A stretch of 17,200 nt of DNA from Acidobacteriota bacterium (GCA_036507075.1 DASXQR010000049.1:1-17200), one strand, 5' to 3'. Shown: positions 7,603-16,347, counted from the first letter of the stretch. Made by a program: numbers and translations. The notes: a model not told the origin generated them from the sequence alone.

Positions 7603-9069
7603 ATGATGTATAGAAACTCGGCAAATAACCAAAAGGGCGCGGCGCTGATCTTTGTGATGATCGGCTTGGCGCTTCTCACCCTGGTGGGAATTGCGATGAC
7701 TTTCCAGGCGTCCACTGACTATAACATCAGCAATAACTTCATCACCGCGCAGCAGGCGCTGGCCATCGCGGATGGCGGCATCAACGCGGGCAAGGCGTAC
7801 CTGAAAGGGAAAGACTTTTCCGATGTCCTCGCAAGAACGAGCGATGTTCCCGCGTATACGTCCGAAGCGCAGCCTATAGAAGGAACGCTGGCGGCTCGCA
7901 ACCCCATTACGCGACTGACCGCGCGCACCGCCAAATTCGACAGCTACAGCACCGTGCAATCTCCCACTGCTCTTCCTGTCCTGGGAGGCGCGACGCAGGT
8001 GCTGTCCGGATCCAAGTGGGTCGTCAAAGGCATTATCGGTCAACCGGGAGGCACGCCTTTAGGCGATGGGCTGTTCTTTGCCAAGCTGACTGATAACAAT
8101 GACGAGGTCGGCGTGCAAAACTATAGCGTCGACATCGACCACAAAGTTTTTCTGCGATCGATCGGAGTCCACCGGGTCTTCCAGAGCGACAAGGCGAGTG
8201 CGGCAGGCAAGACCCAGGCGTCTGTGGCCGTTATTGAAGCCCTGTTCAAGCGCGATATGAGCTTCAACATCAAGTCGCCGTTTGCGCTCGAAGGGGAGAA
8301 CGCGGGCGCGACCTTCTCGGGAGACTCGTTCACTATCGATGGCCGCAATTACAACGGCCTCACGCCGGAGCAGGCTCGCTCGGGCGGCGGAAATCCTTCC
8401 TGGGTCGGAGCGGTTCCAGGAATCGGGACCATGTATGACGGCGCCAATGGATTGGCGGACGAATCCATCAAGGGCAGCCTGTCCGGCAACCAGAACGACA
8501 ATGTTAAAGGCGTGGATCCCAACGGAATTCCGGCATCGCCGGCAGTCTCCGATACCACAGACAGCGTAAAGTCCGGAGGGGATTCCGCGCATGTGCTGGA
8601 TCCCAACTGGGTCGGTAATTTCGTCAATCTCGTCAAGGGGATCGCGGATTACAAGTATCCGGGTGGAACCAATTTGAGTGGCTCCGGCGCCGTGCTTGGA
8701 ACGGATGAGGATCCCAAGATCACTTATGTGGATGGCGACCTGAGCATCTCCGGCAGCGGGGGCGGGTCCGGCGTGTTGATCGTTAAAGGGAATCTCGATT
8801 ATCAGGGATCGTTCGATTACACCGGCGTCATCATCGTCCTTGGCGGCAATCTCGATATGGGCGGCGCCAACAAGTCAATCGTCGGCGGACTCTTCCTGGC
8901 AAACTTGCAGAGCAGCGGAAACAACTTCTCCTGGGGTGTCCCTGACTTCACCATCCATGGCAACAGCAACTTTTACTACCGCAGCGACTCGATCAAGCTG
9001 GGCTGGAGCCTGCTTCCCTTGAAGGTCCTGAGCTGGAGAGAAGTTCCTCCTGAGCTGGACAAGAATTAA
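7603..9069 (+). CDS. pilX: PilX-like minor pilin with a long C-terminal domain (copy 2, paralogue of 5728-7182)
   Basis: Colinear with copy 1 along its whole length (NNQKGAALIFVMIGLALLTLVG ... LLPLKVLSWREVPPELDK). An in-frame TAA at 7597 limits the start to 7603 or 7606. RBS is weak. Confidence 0.8.
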   Translation: MMYRNSANNQKGAALIFVMIGLALLTLVGIAMTFQASTDYNISNNFITAQQALAIADGGINAGKAYLKGKDFSDVLARTSDVPAYTSEAQPIEGTLAARNPITRLTARTAKFDSYSTVQSPTALPVLGGATQVLSGSKWVVKGIIGQPGGTPLGDGLFFAKLTDNNDEVGVQNYSVDIDHKVFLRSIGVHRVFQSDKASAAGKTQASVAVIEALFKRDMSFNIKSPFALEGENAGATFSGDSFTIDGRNYNGLTPEQARSGGGNPSWVGAVPGIGTMYDGANGLADESIKGSLSGNQNDNVKGVDPNGIPASPAVSDTTDSVKSGGDSAHVLDPNWVGNFVNLVKGIADYKYPGGTNLSGSGAVLGTDEDPKITYVDGDLSISGSGGGSGVLIVKGNLDYQGSFDYTGVIIVLGGNLDMGGANKSIVGGLFLANLQSSGNNFSWGVPDFTIHGNSNFYYRSDSIKLGWSLLPLKVLSWREVPPELDKN

Positions 9070-9099
9070 AAGATCGCAGCGGAGGTCGTAAATCGATAA

Positions 9100-9139
9100 C
9101 CCCGGGGGCGCGTTTCGCGTCCCCAGGGGCTTTTTGTTT
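9100..9139 (+). terminator. Rho-independent terminator after pilX copy 2
   Basis: CCCCGGGGGCGCG-TTT-CGCGTCCCCAGGGG imperfect GC-rich stem followed by CTTTTTGTTT. Confidence 0.8.
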
Positions 9140-9170
9140 GTACATATCTGCAAGCCGGTCACAATTGCAT

Positions 9171-9210
9171 TCACCGCCGAGGCGCAGAGTACGCTGAGAT
9201 TTCGCAGAGG
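9171..9210. repeat. Degenerate CGCHGAG tandem repeat abutting the ribD stop
   Basis: CGCCGAG (9175), CGCAGAG (9183), CGCTGAG (9192), CGCAGAG (9203). Confidence 0.55.
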
Positions 9211-10272
9211 CTAACGCAGGTAGGCATGGATCCAGATATCGCTTCCGATTCTCTCGGCAGTCATTGAATTTACTTCCAGCGGCGGGCAGAAGCCTTCCCC
9301 CCCCACCGGTCCGATCGTGGTCCGCCCTCCAAGTATTTTCGGCGTATACGCAAACAGGAGCTTGTCGACAATGCCGGCGCCCAGTGCAGAGGCATTGGTC
9401 TCGCCGCCGCCTTCAATCAGCAGATGGTACATCCCCTCTTCCGTCATGCGCTGCAGCACTCGACGCCAGGTCTCTGCGTGGCCAGATTCGGGATGTATCA
9501 GCGTAATGTTGTCCGGGAGAGAAAGCTGCAATGGAGGTCGGACCCACCAGATGGGCGGCGGCTCTTCAAAGAGCCGCCGATCCAGTCCGACTCTGCCATG
9601 CGGGTCCAACAGCACGCGAACCAGCGGGCGCCTTCGCTTTTCAGGGCCCCGATAAGTAAGCAGCGGGTCGTCGGTAAGGACCGAGGCGGAGCCCACGGCG
9701 ATCGCGTCTGCCTGCAAACGCAGTTTCTCGGTCACGGCGTTGCTTTCCGGTCCCGTGAACAGCTCTCTTCCCTGGCGCCGGGCGGAAGTGATTTTCCCGT
9801 CCAGGCTCATGGCCGTTTTGATGGTCACAAAGGGAATGCGTTCGCAAATGAATTTGGTGTACGCCTCGTTCAGTGCTGCCGCTTCGGCTCCGAGTACCCC
9901 GACTTCAACGGCGATGCCGGCCTGCCGCAGGCGCTCAAATCCGCGGCCGGAAACCAGCGGGTTAGGATCCTGCATGGCGCTCACTACCCGCCCGATCTTT
10001 TTCGCAGCCAGATAATCACAGCAGGGAGGGGTTCTTCCCTGATGCGCGCATGGTTCCAGATTGACATAAAGCGTCGCGCGCGAAGCGGCCTCGCCGGCTT
10101 GTTCGCACGCGATTACCTCGGCATGCAGCCGCTGTTCATACTGGTGGAATCCCTCACCTACGATTTTTCCATCTTTAACCAGTACGGCCCCCACCGCCGG
10201 ATTAGGGGACACCTTGCCCGATCCGCGCTCGGCCAGCGAGAGAGCCCGCTGCATGAATTCCAGGTCAGTCAT
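9211..10272 (-). CDS. ribD: Bifunctional diaminohydroxyphosphoribosylaminopyrimidine deaminase / reductase
   Basis: SPNPAVGAV, HAE, LEPCAHQGRTPPC zinc motifs; K.AMSLDGKI, DDPLLT.R and LLIEGG reductase motifs. Confidence 0.97.
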   Translation of the reverse strand: MTDLEFMQRALSLAERGSGKVSPNPAVGAVLVKDGKIVGEGFHQYEQRLHAEVIACEQAGEAASRATLYVNLEPCAHQGRTPPCCDYLAAKKIGRVVSAMQDPNPLVSGRGFERLRQAGIAVEVGVLGAEAAALNEAYTKFICERIPFVTIKTAMSLDGKITSARRQGRELFTGPESNAVTEKLRLQADAIAVGSASVLTDDPLLTYRGPEKRRRPLVRVLLDPHGRVGLDRRLFEEPPPIWWVRPPLQLSLPDNITLIHPESGHAETWRRVLQRMTEEGMYHLLIEGGGETNASALGAGIVDKLLFAYTPKILGGRTTIGPVGGEGFCPPLEVNSMTAERIGSDIWIHAYLR

Positions 10273-10301
10273 CGGGTAGTGACGGCTAACTGTGTGCTAC
10301 T

Positions 10302-10394
10302 GAGTTACGGGTTACGAGTTAACGAGTTACGGGTTACGAGTTAGCGAGTTATGGGTTACGAGTTGAAGATTCAAGATTCAAAATTGAACAGTTC
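10302..10394. repeat. Heptamer tandem arrays: about 9 x GRGTTAC (22-nt higher-order unit x3), then about 4 x AAGATTC-like
   Basis: GAGTTAC GGGTTAC GAGTTAAC repeated three times (10302-10365); AAGATTC AAGATTC AAAATTG AACAGTTC (10366-10394). Confidence 0.85.
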
Positions 10395-10399
10395 AGAAC

Positions 10400-10520
10400 C
10401 GTAGAGACGCGATACATCGCGTCTGAGTTGGGCGCGATAAATCGCGCCCGACGCCGCTTTGCGGCGCTCCGGACGCGACATGTCGCGTCCAACTCAGACG
10501 CGGCATGCCGCGTCTCTACG
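10400..10520. repeat. GTAG-type REP/REPIN-like nested palindromic element
   Basis: Begins GTAGAGACGCGATACATCGCGTCT and ends AGACGCGGCATGCCGCGTCTCTAC. Five internal hairpins lie inside a long imperfect inverted repeat. Confidence 0.8.
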
Positions 10521-10532
10521 TCTGGAAATGTC

Positions 10533-10627
10533 TCTCCCACTCCCCCGCTCTCCCGCTCCCCCGCTCTCCCGCTCTCCCACTCCCCCTCTCTCCCGCTCTC
10601 CATCCCTCATCCCTCCATCCCTCCCTC
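10533..10627. repeat. Octamer tandem repeat of about 12 TCYCCCRC-like units (G-rich on the - strand)
   Basis: TCTCCCAC TCCCCCGC TCTCCCGC TCCCCCGC TCTCCCGC TCTCCCAC TCCCCCTC TCTCCCGC TCTCCATC..., starting right after the upstream gene's stop codon. Confidence 0.85.
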
Positions 10628-11896
10628 TCAACGCCCCATCTCCTTGGGCGCGGTTTCCAGCTTTCGCACGCGCAGGGAATGGATGCGGCGCCGATCGGCA
10701 TGAAGAATCTCGATGCCCAAGCCCTGAATTTCGATTACATCACCCGATTGCGGGACCTTCCCCAGCTTGTTTACCAGCCAGCCGGAAAGTGTCGTAAATT
10801 CGCTGTCACCCACATCGACTTGAAACAGCTTCTCAAAATCGGCCAGCGATATGCCGGCGCGCAACACATAACTGTGGTCGCTTTCCTTGACCACGTCATC
10901 ACGAAGCTGCTCATCTTTGTCGTGTATTTCTCCGACGATCTCTTCCACCAGATCTTCCACAGTGACTAAACCCGCAACCTCGCCATATTCGTTTACCACA
11001 ATGGCCATGTAGTCGCCCGAACTCTGGAGCTCTTTCAGTAATTCCTTCACTGGTTTGGACTCGGGAGTGAATTTCGTGGGAACAACCAGCGGCAGGATCG
11101 GATTGTTGGCAGTTTCCGCGTTGTATTCGGCCAACAACGGCCGGACTGAAACAACACCGATGATCTGTTCAGGAGAGCCGCTGTAGACCGGGATACGGGA
11201 GTGCTTGGAGGCCACGATCAGCTCTTTCAGTTGCTGCAGGGTGGCGTGTTCGGAAATAGTGACCATTTCGGAGCGCGGCGTCATCACCTCGCGCACCAGC
11301 GTATCGCCGAATTCCACCACCGACTGGATCAGCTCTGTATCATCCTCTTCTATGATTCCTTCTTCCTCACCCACATCCAAGAAAGCCTGGATCTCTTCCA
11401 CAGTAGGCTCAGCTTCCTCTTCGGCTTCCTCGCGCAGCGCGTTTTGCCGGCGCATGAAAGAAAGGGGCGCCAGCAACGGCCAGCCAATCCATTGCAACCC
11501 CCTTAAAACCGGTTCCAGCAGCGGCACCACCAGTAGAAAGACCTTTTCCGGATTGATGTGCACGATCAGTTTGGGTACCAGTTGCCGCAACAGCAGCACG
11601 CAGCCGCTCAAAACGAAAAAAGAAATCAGCAGCGGCCGGGGCGTGCCAAGGCCAATGACCACGTAGGTGCCCAGGATTGCCAGAGTGATTTGTGTAAGCT
11701 GAATGGAAAACTGCAGCGGGACCAGCACCTCCCGCCGGTCTTGCACCAGCCGCTGCAGCAGGCTGCCCGGTTTTTCGTTCTTCTCAAGCAGCACCCGCAG
11801 CTCGAACCGGCTCAAGTATGTAATCGCGTTTTCTACCAGCGACAATATGAGCAGGACAAAGGCGAGAAAAACCGCCAGATAGAGCACCAGTGTCAT
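10628..11896 (-). CDS. Hemolysin-family / CNNM (DUF21)-CBS-CorC_HlyC protein (TlyC/CorB-like Mg2+/Co2+ transporter)
   Basis: N-terminal TM segments, VREVMTPRSEM, HSRIPVY, AIVVNEYGEVAGLVTVEDLVEEIVGEI.D, C-terminal TTLSGW...LGKVP. Confidence 0.92.
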   Translation of the reverse strand: MTLVLYLAVFLAFVLLILSLVENAITYLSRFELRVLLEKNEKPGSLLQRLVQDRREVLVPLQFSIQLTQITLAILGTYVVIGLGTPRPLLISFFVLSGCVLLLRQLVPKLIVHINPEKVFLLVVPLLEPVLRGLQWIGWPLLAPLSFMRRQNALREEAEEEAEPTVEEIQAFLDVGEEEGIIEEDDTELIQSVVEFGDTLVREVMTPRSEMVTISEHATLQQLKELIVASKHSRIPVYSGSPEQIIGVVSVRPLLAEYNAETANNPILPLVVPTKFTPESKPVKELLKELQSSGDYMAIVVNEYGEVAGLVTVEDLVEEIVGEIHDKDEQLRDDVVKESDHSYVLRAGISLADFEKLFQVDVGDSEFTTLSGWLVNKLGKVPQSGDVIEIQGLGIEILHADRRRIHSLRVRKLETAPKEMGR

Positions 11897-12327
11897 TGCA
11901 ACCCCAGAGATCGGGCGAATTTTGCTTCCAGACGGTTCATTTCGCCATGATCCGTTTCGTGGTCATAACCGATCAGATGCAGCAGTCCGTGCAGCACCAG
12001 AGATTTGAGCTCTCGCGACAAACGGCGGGAGTTTTCCGCCGCAACTTCAGGGCAAATCACAATGTCGCCAAGATATGCGGGCAATTCTTCCTGATCCCAG
12101 CCATAAAAAGAGAGAACGTCGGTCGGGTAGTCTTTCCCGCGAAATTTCAGATTCAGTCCATTCATCAGTCGCGCGCTCACGAACTTGACAGTGAACTCGC
12201 GCTGCTGCACTCCCGCCAAACGCGCCGCACGGGACGCAAACCGATGAATGGCCGCAACGGAAACCGGGTGGCGTTTCTGACTATTGAATACGTTGATTAG
12301 GTTCCTGGTCTTTCTTTTCTTTTTCAA
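11893..12327 (-). CDS. ybeY: Endoribonuclease YbeY (start uncertain)
   Basis: LN..FRGKDYPTDVLSF, LGDIVIC, HGLLHLIGYDH metal-binding motif. The TTG start overlaps the upstream gene by 47 nt. Confidence 0.93.
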   Translation of the reverse strand: MKKKRKTRNLINVFNSQKRHPVSVAAIHRFASRAARLAGVQQREFTVKFVSARLMNGLNLKFRGKDYPTDVLSFYGWDQEELPAYLGDIVICPEVAAENSRRLSRELKSLVLHGLLHLIGYDHETDHGEMNRLEAKFARSLGLQ

Positions 12328-14644
12328 CCTTGTTGAAATCGAATCCCGGATAGTCGATTCGATGGTGGTGCATCCCGGTCAAAACGCGCGTGAAAGCGTG
12401 GGCGATTGAATCCAGGTCTTTGATGGTGATGTCGCACTCATCAAACTGCCCATCGTTAAAGGTATTGAAAGCAATGCGCTTGACCATTCCCAGAATCTGG
12501 TTCGGCGTCGGATCGCTGAGCGTTCGCGAAGCCGCTTCTACTGCATCGGCCATCATCAGAATGGCCGCCTCGCGAGACTGAGGTTTCGGACCCGGGTAAC
12601 GGAATTCGCTCTCGTTGACCACCTGATCTTTTCCCTCAGCGGCGTCCTTTGCTTTCTGAAAGAAGTAAGTCATCAACCGGGTGCCATGGTGCTGGGGGAT
12701 CAGGTCCCTGATCTTCCGGGGCAACTTGATTTCATCGGCCATCTCGAGCCCGTCACGCACGTGACTGGCAATGATCAGGCTGCTCATGGATGGACTCAGA
12801 TGCTCGTGCTTGTTGGCCGTGAACATCTGGTTTTCCACGTAATACTCGGCCCGCTTCATCTTTCCGATGTCGTGGTAGTAAGAACCGACGCGAACCAGCA
12901 GAGAATTGGCGCCGATCGCCTCGGCGGCGGCCTCCGCCAGCGTCCCCACGATGATACTGTGGTGGTACGTGCCCGGAGCCTCCAGCGCCAGGCGCCGCAA
13001 GATCGGTGTGTTGAGGTTGGAAAGCTCGAGCAGCTTGATGTCCGTTGTGATTCCAAAAAGGCTTTCCAGCAAAGGCAACAACAGGCTGGCCACCATGGCG
13101 GCCAGGATAGCGCTCAGAAAACCGGCCGCCGACTGGACCATTACCGCCGCTGCCGGAAGCGCCGGATGCGACAGGTTGAGGGCGACCACCGTAAAAACAT
13201 TCACCAGCCCTACCAGCCATCCGCAGCGCAGAATGGTGGATCTTTCCTTGTACTGTGTGAGCGTAAAGATGGCCGCGAAACTTCCCAGCAGCGTGAACAG
13301 GACAATTCGATAGTCGTTCACGCACAGTCCCGCCAGGCACGAAATCATCAGCGCGTAAATGACTGCAAGACTGCTGTTGACCAGCAGCACGGCAAGAATC
13401 GCTCCGCACGCGACCGGGGCGGCCAGGTAAAAGATCTCCGGCTGCTTGAGGCTTTCGAAATTGATGCTCTCGGCCAGCACCGATCCGAGCCACACAAATC
13501 CTCGGAACATCAGCAGGTTGATGATCAGCACCAGGATCAGAAGGACGAAGTGGCTGGTTGGCTTCGGTTCGCCCCTCGGGAGCGATCCAAGGTCGCGTGA
13601 TTCAAGCGTCACGGAAAAATGGGCCAGGAACTTCCACAGCACCACCAGAAAAAAGCAGACCAGGGCGAACACTCCGGCCATTTGCGAGAAAGTCCGGTCG
13701 CGGCTCCCGAAAACCCTCAGGCTCTCAAGCTGCGTCAGGTCCCGCTGCGTAATCTCGTCGCCCGCGCGCACGATTACTTTGCCCTTTTTGATCTGCAGCA
13801 GCACCGGATCGATATCGCGGGCCGTCTCGGCCCTGCGGGCCCGGGTCTCACTGCTGTTGTAAAAGGTATTCGCCGTGATCAAGCCTTCCAGATAACTGAC
13901 CACTTTCTGTCTTTCCGAAAAGGGCAGGAGCTGCAGCTTCGCATCGTTCAGCCGCACTTCGTTGCGCGCCAGGTTGAGATCGCGCACAGACGAAACATCG
14001 CGAACGACGGTTTCTTCGCCCGTGTTCATGTCTCGCAGCACGATTCCCTGCCCCTTGAAATTCGCCAGGAAATCGCGATTGTTCGAAACACCCGGGCTCA
14101 TCGCTTTCTGAAGCAGCTCGACCATTTCGTTTTCGAGCTCACGACTGAAACCGTGATTCACGAAAACGCGCAGCGGATCCTCGGGAAACTGCTTTCCCAA
14201 CTTCTGCTGCAGCAGTGACTGGATGCGGGAAAGGTCGGGAGCCCGCCGTGCCCTGGCAGCATTTCCTTCGGGTCGGATCAGTAATCTGCCCTGCGCAAAG
14301 ACGCCGCGTATTTCCGTTTCCAGAGCTGCATTGGTATTCGAGTCCAGGTCAAAAACTGCGGGCACCGCATCCGAAGCGGCGGCTTTCTTCCTGGCCGTCG
14401 CAATCTCGTCGGGCACGGTGATCTCAAACGGCGCCTTGATTGATTCAAGCGCGATATCCCCCAGCTTGTACCTGGGCATGGAGCGGAATTCGAATTTGAT
14501 GGTCAGTGCCGTAATCAGCAGGGCGCCGGCGAGCGGCCAGATGAGGCTCCACAACGGCAAAGAAGTCAAAGCCGACAATAAATTACGGAGTTTTTGCGGC
14601 CGGGCGCCGGGGGAACCCTTGCCCGGACGTTCTTGGTTCTTCAT
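12281..14644 (-). CDS. 7TM-HDIG membrane phosphohydrolase (PgpH/YqfF-like, putative cyclic di-AMP phosphodiesterase)
   Basis: N-terminal TM, large extracytoplasmic domain, multi-TM block, APGTYHHS, YYHDIGK, ENQ, HHGT, FRYPGPKPQ, MMADAVEAASR. Position next to ybeY is the usual context. Confidence 0.9.
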   Translation of the reverse strand: MKNQERPGKGSPGARPQKLRNLLSALTSLPLWSLIWPLAGALLITALTIKFEFRSMPRYKLGDIALESIKAPFEITVPDEIATARKKAAASDAVPAVFDLDSNTNAALETEIRGVFAQGRLLIRPEGNAARARRAPDLSRIQSLLQQKLGKQFPEDPLRVFVNHGFSRELENEMVELLQKAMSPGVSNNRDFLANFKGQGIVLRDMNTGEETVVRDVSSVRDLNLARNEVRLNDAKLQLLPFSERQKVVSYLEGLITANTFYNSSETRARRAETARDIDPVLLQIKKGKVIVRAGDEITQRDLTQLESLRVFGSRDRTFSQMAGVFALVCFFLVVLWKFLAHFSVTLESRDLGSLPRGEPKPTSHFVLLILVLIINLLMFRGFVWLGSVLAESINFESLKQPEIFYLAAPVACGAILAVLLVNSSLAVIYALMISCLAGLCVNDYRIVLFTLLGSFAAIFTLTQYKERSTILRCGWLVGLVNVFTVVALNLSHPALPAAAVMVQSAAGFLSAILAAMVASLLLPLLESLFGITTDIKLLELSNLNTPILRRLALEAPGTYHHSIIVGTLAEAAAEAIGANSLLVRVGSYYHDIGKMKRAEYYVENQMFTANKHEHLSPSMSSLIIASHVRDGLEMADEIKLPRKIRDLIPQHHGTRLMTYFFQKAKDAAEGKDQVVNESEFRYPGPKPQSREAAILMMADAVEAASRTLSDPTPNQILGMVKRIAFNTFNDGQFDECDITIKDLDSIAHAFTRVLTGMHHHRIDYPGFDFNKVEKEKKDQEPNQRIQ

Positions 14645-14749
14645 TAGCGGAGTAACGAGAGCGCTACAGCAGGCGGACCTGGTAATCCAGCGCGAAGTGA
14701 TACCGGTAAAAGGGGAACGACAGAAGGCTTGCCCATCGTGGGGCCGGGG

Positions 14750-15997
14750 TTATCCATCAAATTTCTTAAATATGATACACCCGTTTGTACCGCCAAAGCC
14801 GAAGGAATTTGAAATGGCGCAGGCAATAGGCATCCTGCGGGCCTGGTTGGGGACATAGTCCAGGCTGCACTGCGGATCTGCATTCTCATAATTGATTGTG
14901 GGAGGCGCAATTTGATCCCGGATAGCCAGCACGGTCAGGCCCGCCTCCAGGCCGCCGGCGGCCCCTAAAAGATGGCCTGTCATAGATTTAGTGGAGCTTA
15001 CGGCAACCTGGCGGGCGTGCTCCCCAAAAACCTCGGATATGGCCGCCGACTCGATCCGGTCATTGGCCGGGGTCGAAGTTCCGTGAGCGTTAATGTATTG
15101 AATTTGCGAAGGTTTCAAGCCGGCATCCTTCAGAGCGTTCTTCATGACCCGGATTGCGCCGTCGGCATCTTCTGAGGGAGAAGTGATGTGGTAGGCATCG
15201 CTGGACATGCCGTACCCTATAATTTCCGCCAGAATTCGGGCTCCGCGCCTGCGCGCAAACTCAAGCTCTTCAAGGATCAGTATTCCGGCGCCTTCGCCAA
15301 GAACAAACCCGTCGCGTTGGCTGTCAAACGGGCGGCTGGCTTTTTCCGGCTCGTCATTGCGGGTGGAAAGGGCCCGCATCGAGGCAAATCCGCCTACTCC
15401 CATCGGCGTTATGGCCGATTCGCTCCCCCCGGCAATCATGGCGTCCGCATCGCCATAGGAAATGACGCGAAACGAGTCGCCCAGGGCATGCGTGCTGGTA
15501 GTACAGGCGGTGCAGGGAGCCATGTTGGGCCCCTTGGTTCCGAACCGGATCGAGATCTGACCTGCGGCGAGGTTCACGATGCTGGAAGGAATGAAAAACG
15601 GGCTGATCCTTTTCGGACCTTTCTCCATGAGCGCCGTGTGCTCGCGCTCGATAATGGTGAATCCACCCACCCCTGAACCGACGTTTACCCCCACCCGCTT
15701 GTTGATTTCAGGCGTGATTTTCAATCCGGCGTCCCGCATCGCGAACTCAGACGCGGCGATGGCAAAATGGATGAACATATCCATCTTGCGCGACTCCTTG
15801 AGATCAATGAATTGAAGAACGTCGAAGTTCTTCACTTCACCGGCAATTCTGGTGCTGAAATCCTTGGCATCAAAGTGGGTGATCGGCGCTATCCCGCTTC
15901 GACCGGCCAATATGTTTTTCCAGACCTCGTCAGTTCCGACACCGACTGGCGTAACCAAGCCAATTCCGGTGACAACAACCCTTCTTGTGTTCTGCAA
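14750..15997 (-). CDS. fabF: 3-oxoacyl-ACP synthase II
   Basis: RRVVVTGIG, catalytic TAC, YINAHGTST, STKSMTGHLLGAAG, SNSFGFGGTN. Confidence 0.97.
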   Translation of the reverse strand: MQNTRRVVVTGIGLVTPVGVGTDEVWKNILAGRSGIAPITHFDAKDFSTRIAGEVKNFDVLQFIDLKESRKMDMFIHFAIAASEFAMRDAGLKITPEINKRVGVNVGSGVGGFTIIEREHTALMEKGPKRISPFFIPSSIVNLAAGQISIRFGTKGPNMAPCTACTTSTHALGDSFRVISYGDADAMIAGGSESAITPMGVGGFASMRALSTRNDEPEKASRPFDSQRDGFVLGEGAGILILEELEFARRRGARILAEIIGYGMSSDAYHITSPSEDADGAIRVMKNALKDAGLKPSQIQYINAHGTSTPANDRIESAAISEVFGEHARQVAVSSTKSMTGHLLGAAGGLEAGLTVLAIRDQIAPPTINYENADPQCSLDYVPNQARRMPIACAISNSFGFGGTNGCIIFKKFDG

Positions 15998-16006
15998 TCC
16001 CGGCCC

Positions 16007-16243
16007 TCAGGAAATATGTTCCTTGATGTAGTCCACGGCATCCTGGACCGTGGCGATCTTTTCGGCATCCTCGTCAGGTATTTCGATATCAAAGTCTTCT
16101 TCGAACTTCATGACCAGCTCGACGGTGTCCAGAGAATCCGCGCCCAAATCATCCACGAATGAAGCCGACGGAGTCACTTCCGCTTCAGTCACCTGCAACT
16201 GGTCCATGATGATCGATTTGACTCTCTCCTCGACACTTGCCAT
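16007..16243 (-). CDS. acpP: Acyl carrier protein
   Basis: [12 protein letters not shown] phosphopantetheine motif. ATG at 16243 follows GGAGG, giving 78 aa. Confidence 0.97.
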   Translation of the reverse strand: MASVEERVKSIIMDQLQVTEAEVTPSASFVDDLGADSLDTVELVMKFEEDFDIEIPDEDAEKIATVQDAVDYIKEHIS

Positions 16244-16347
16244 ACCGGGCCTCCAATTAATAGGTTCCTTCTTTGAGTTCAAAATGCAGTATTCTAGTAC
16301 TTAGACAAAAGAATTCGCATAAAACTTTTCCACCCCAAACACCAATC

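Noticed and set aside
5728..9069. Diversity-generating retroelement (template/variable repeat pair)
   Set aside because: Both copies are full-length ORFs, mismatches in the conserved 3' block are mostly synonymous and not adenine-specific, and there is no reverse transcriptase in the window.
10273..10400. FMN riboswitch upstream of ribD
   Set aside because: The conserved RFN sequence blocks are absent and the region is heptamer repeats.
10302..10627. Possible CRISPR array
   Set aside because: Units are 7-8-nt tandem repeats or nested palindromes with no unique spacers between constant repeats, and there are no cas genes.
10349..10969. Small ORFs across the ribD-CBS/CorC spacer (e.g. MESGREGEWESGRAGERE..., 10349-10603)
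   Set aside because: They are translations of the octamer and REP-like repeats or antisense to a real gene: low complexity and no family motifs.
9424..13600. Long antisense ORFs (9424-10344, 12686-13600 and similar)
   Set aside because: They lie opposite well-supported genes (ribD, HDIG protein) and are typical shadow ORFs of GC-rich coding sequence.
16244..16282. N-terminal extensions of acpP (and of accB at 195-227 and the hypothetical at 2549-2665) given by the ORF track
   Set aside because: Downstream starts fit RBS position, gene overlap and family length better.
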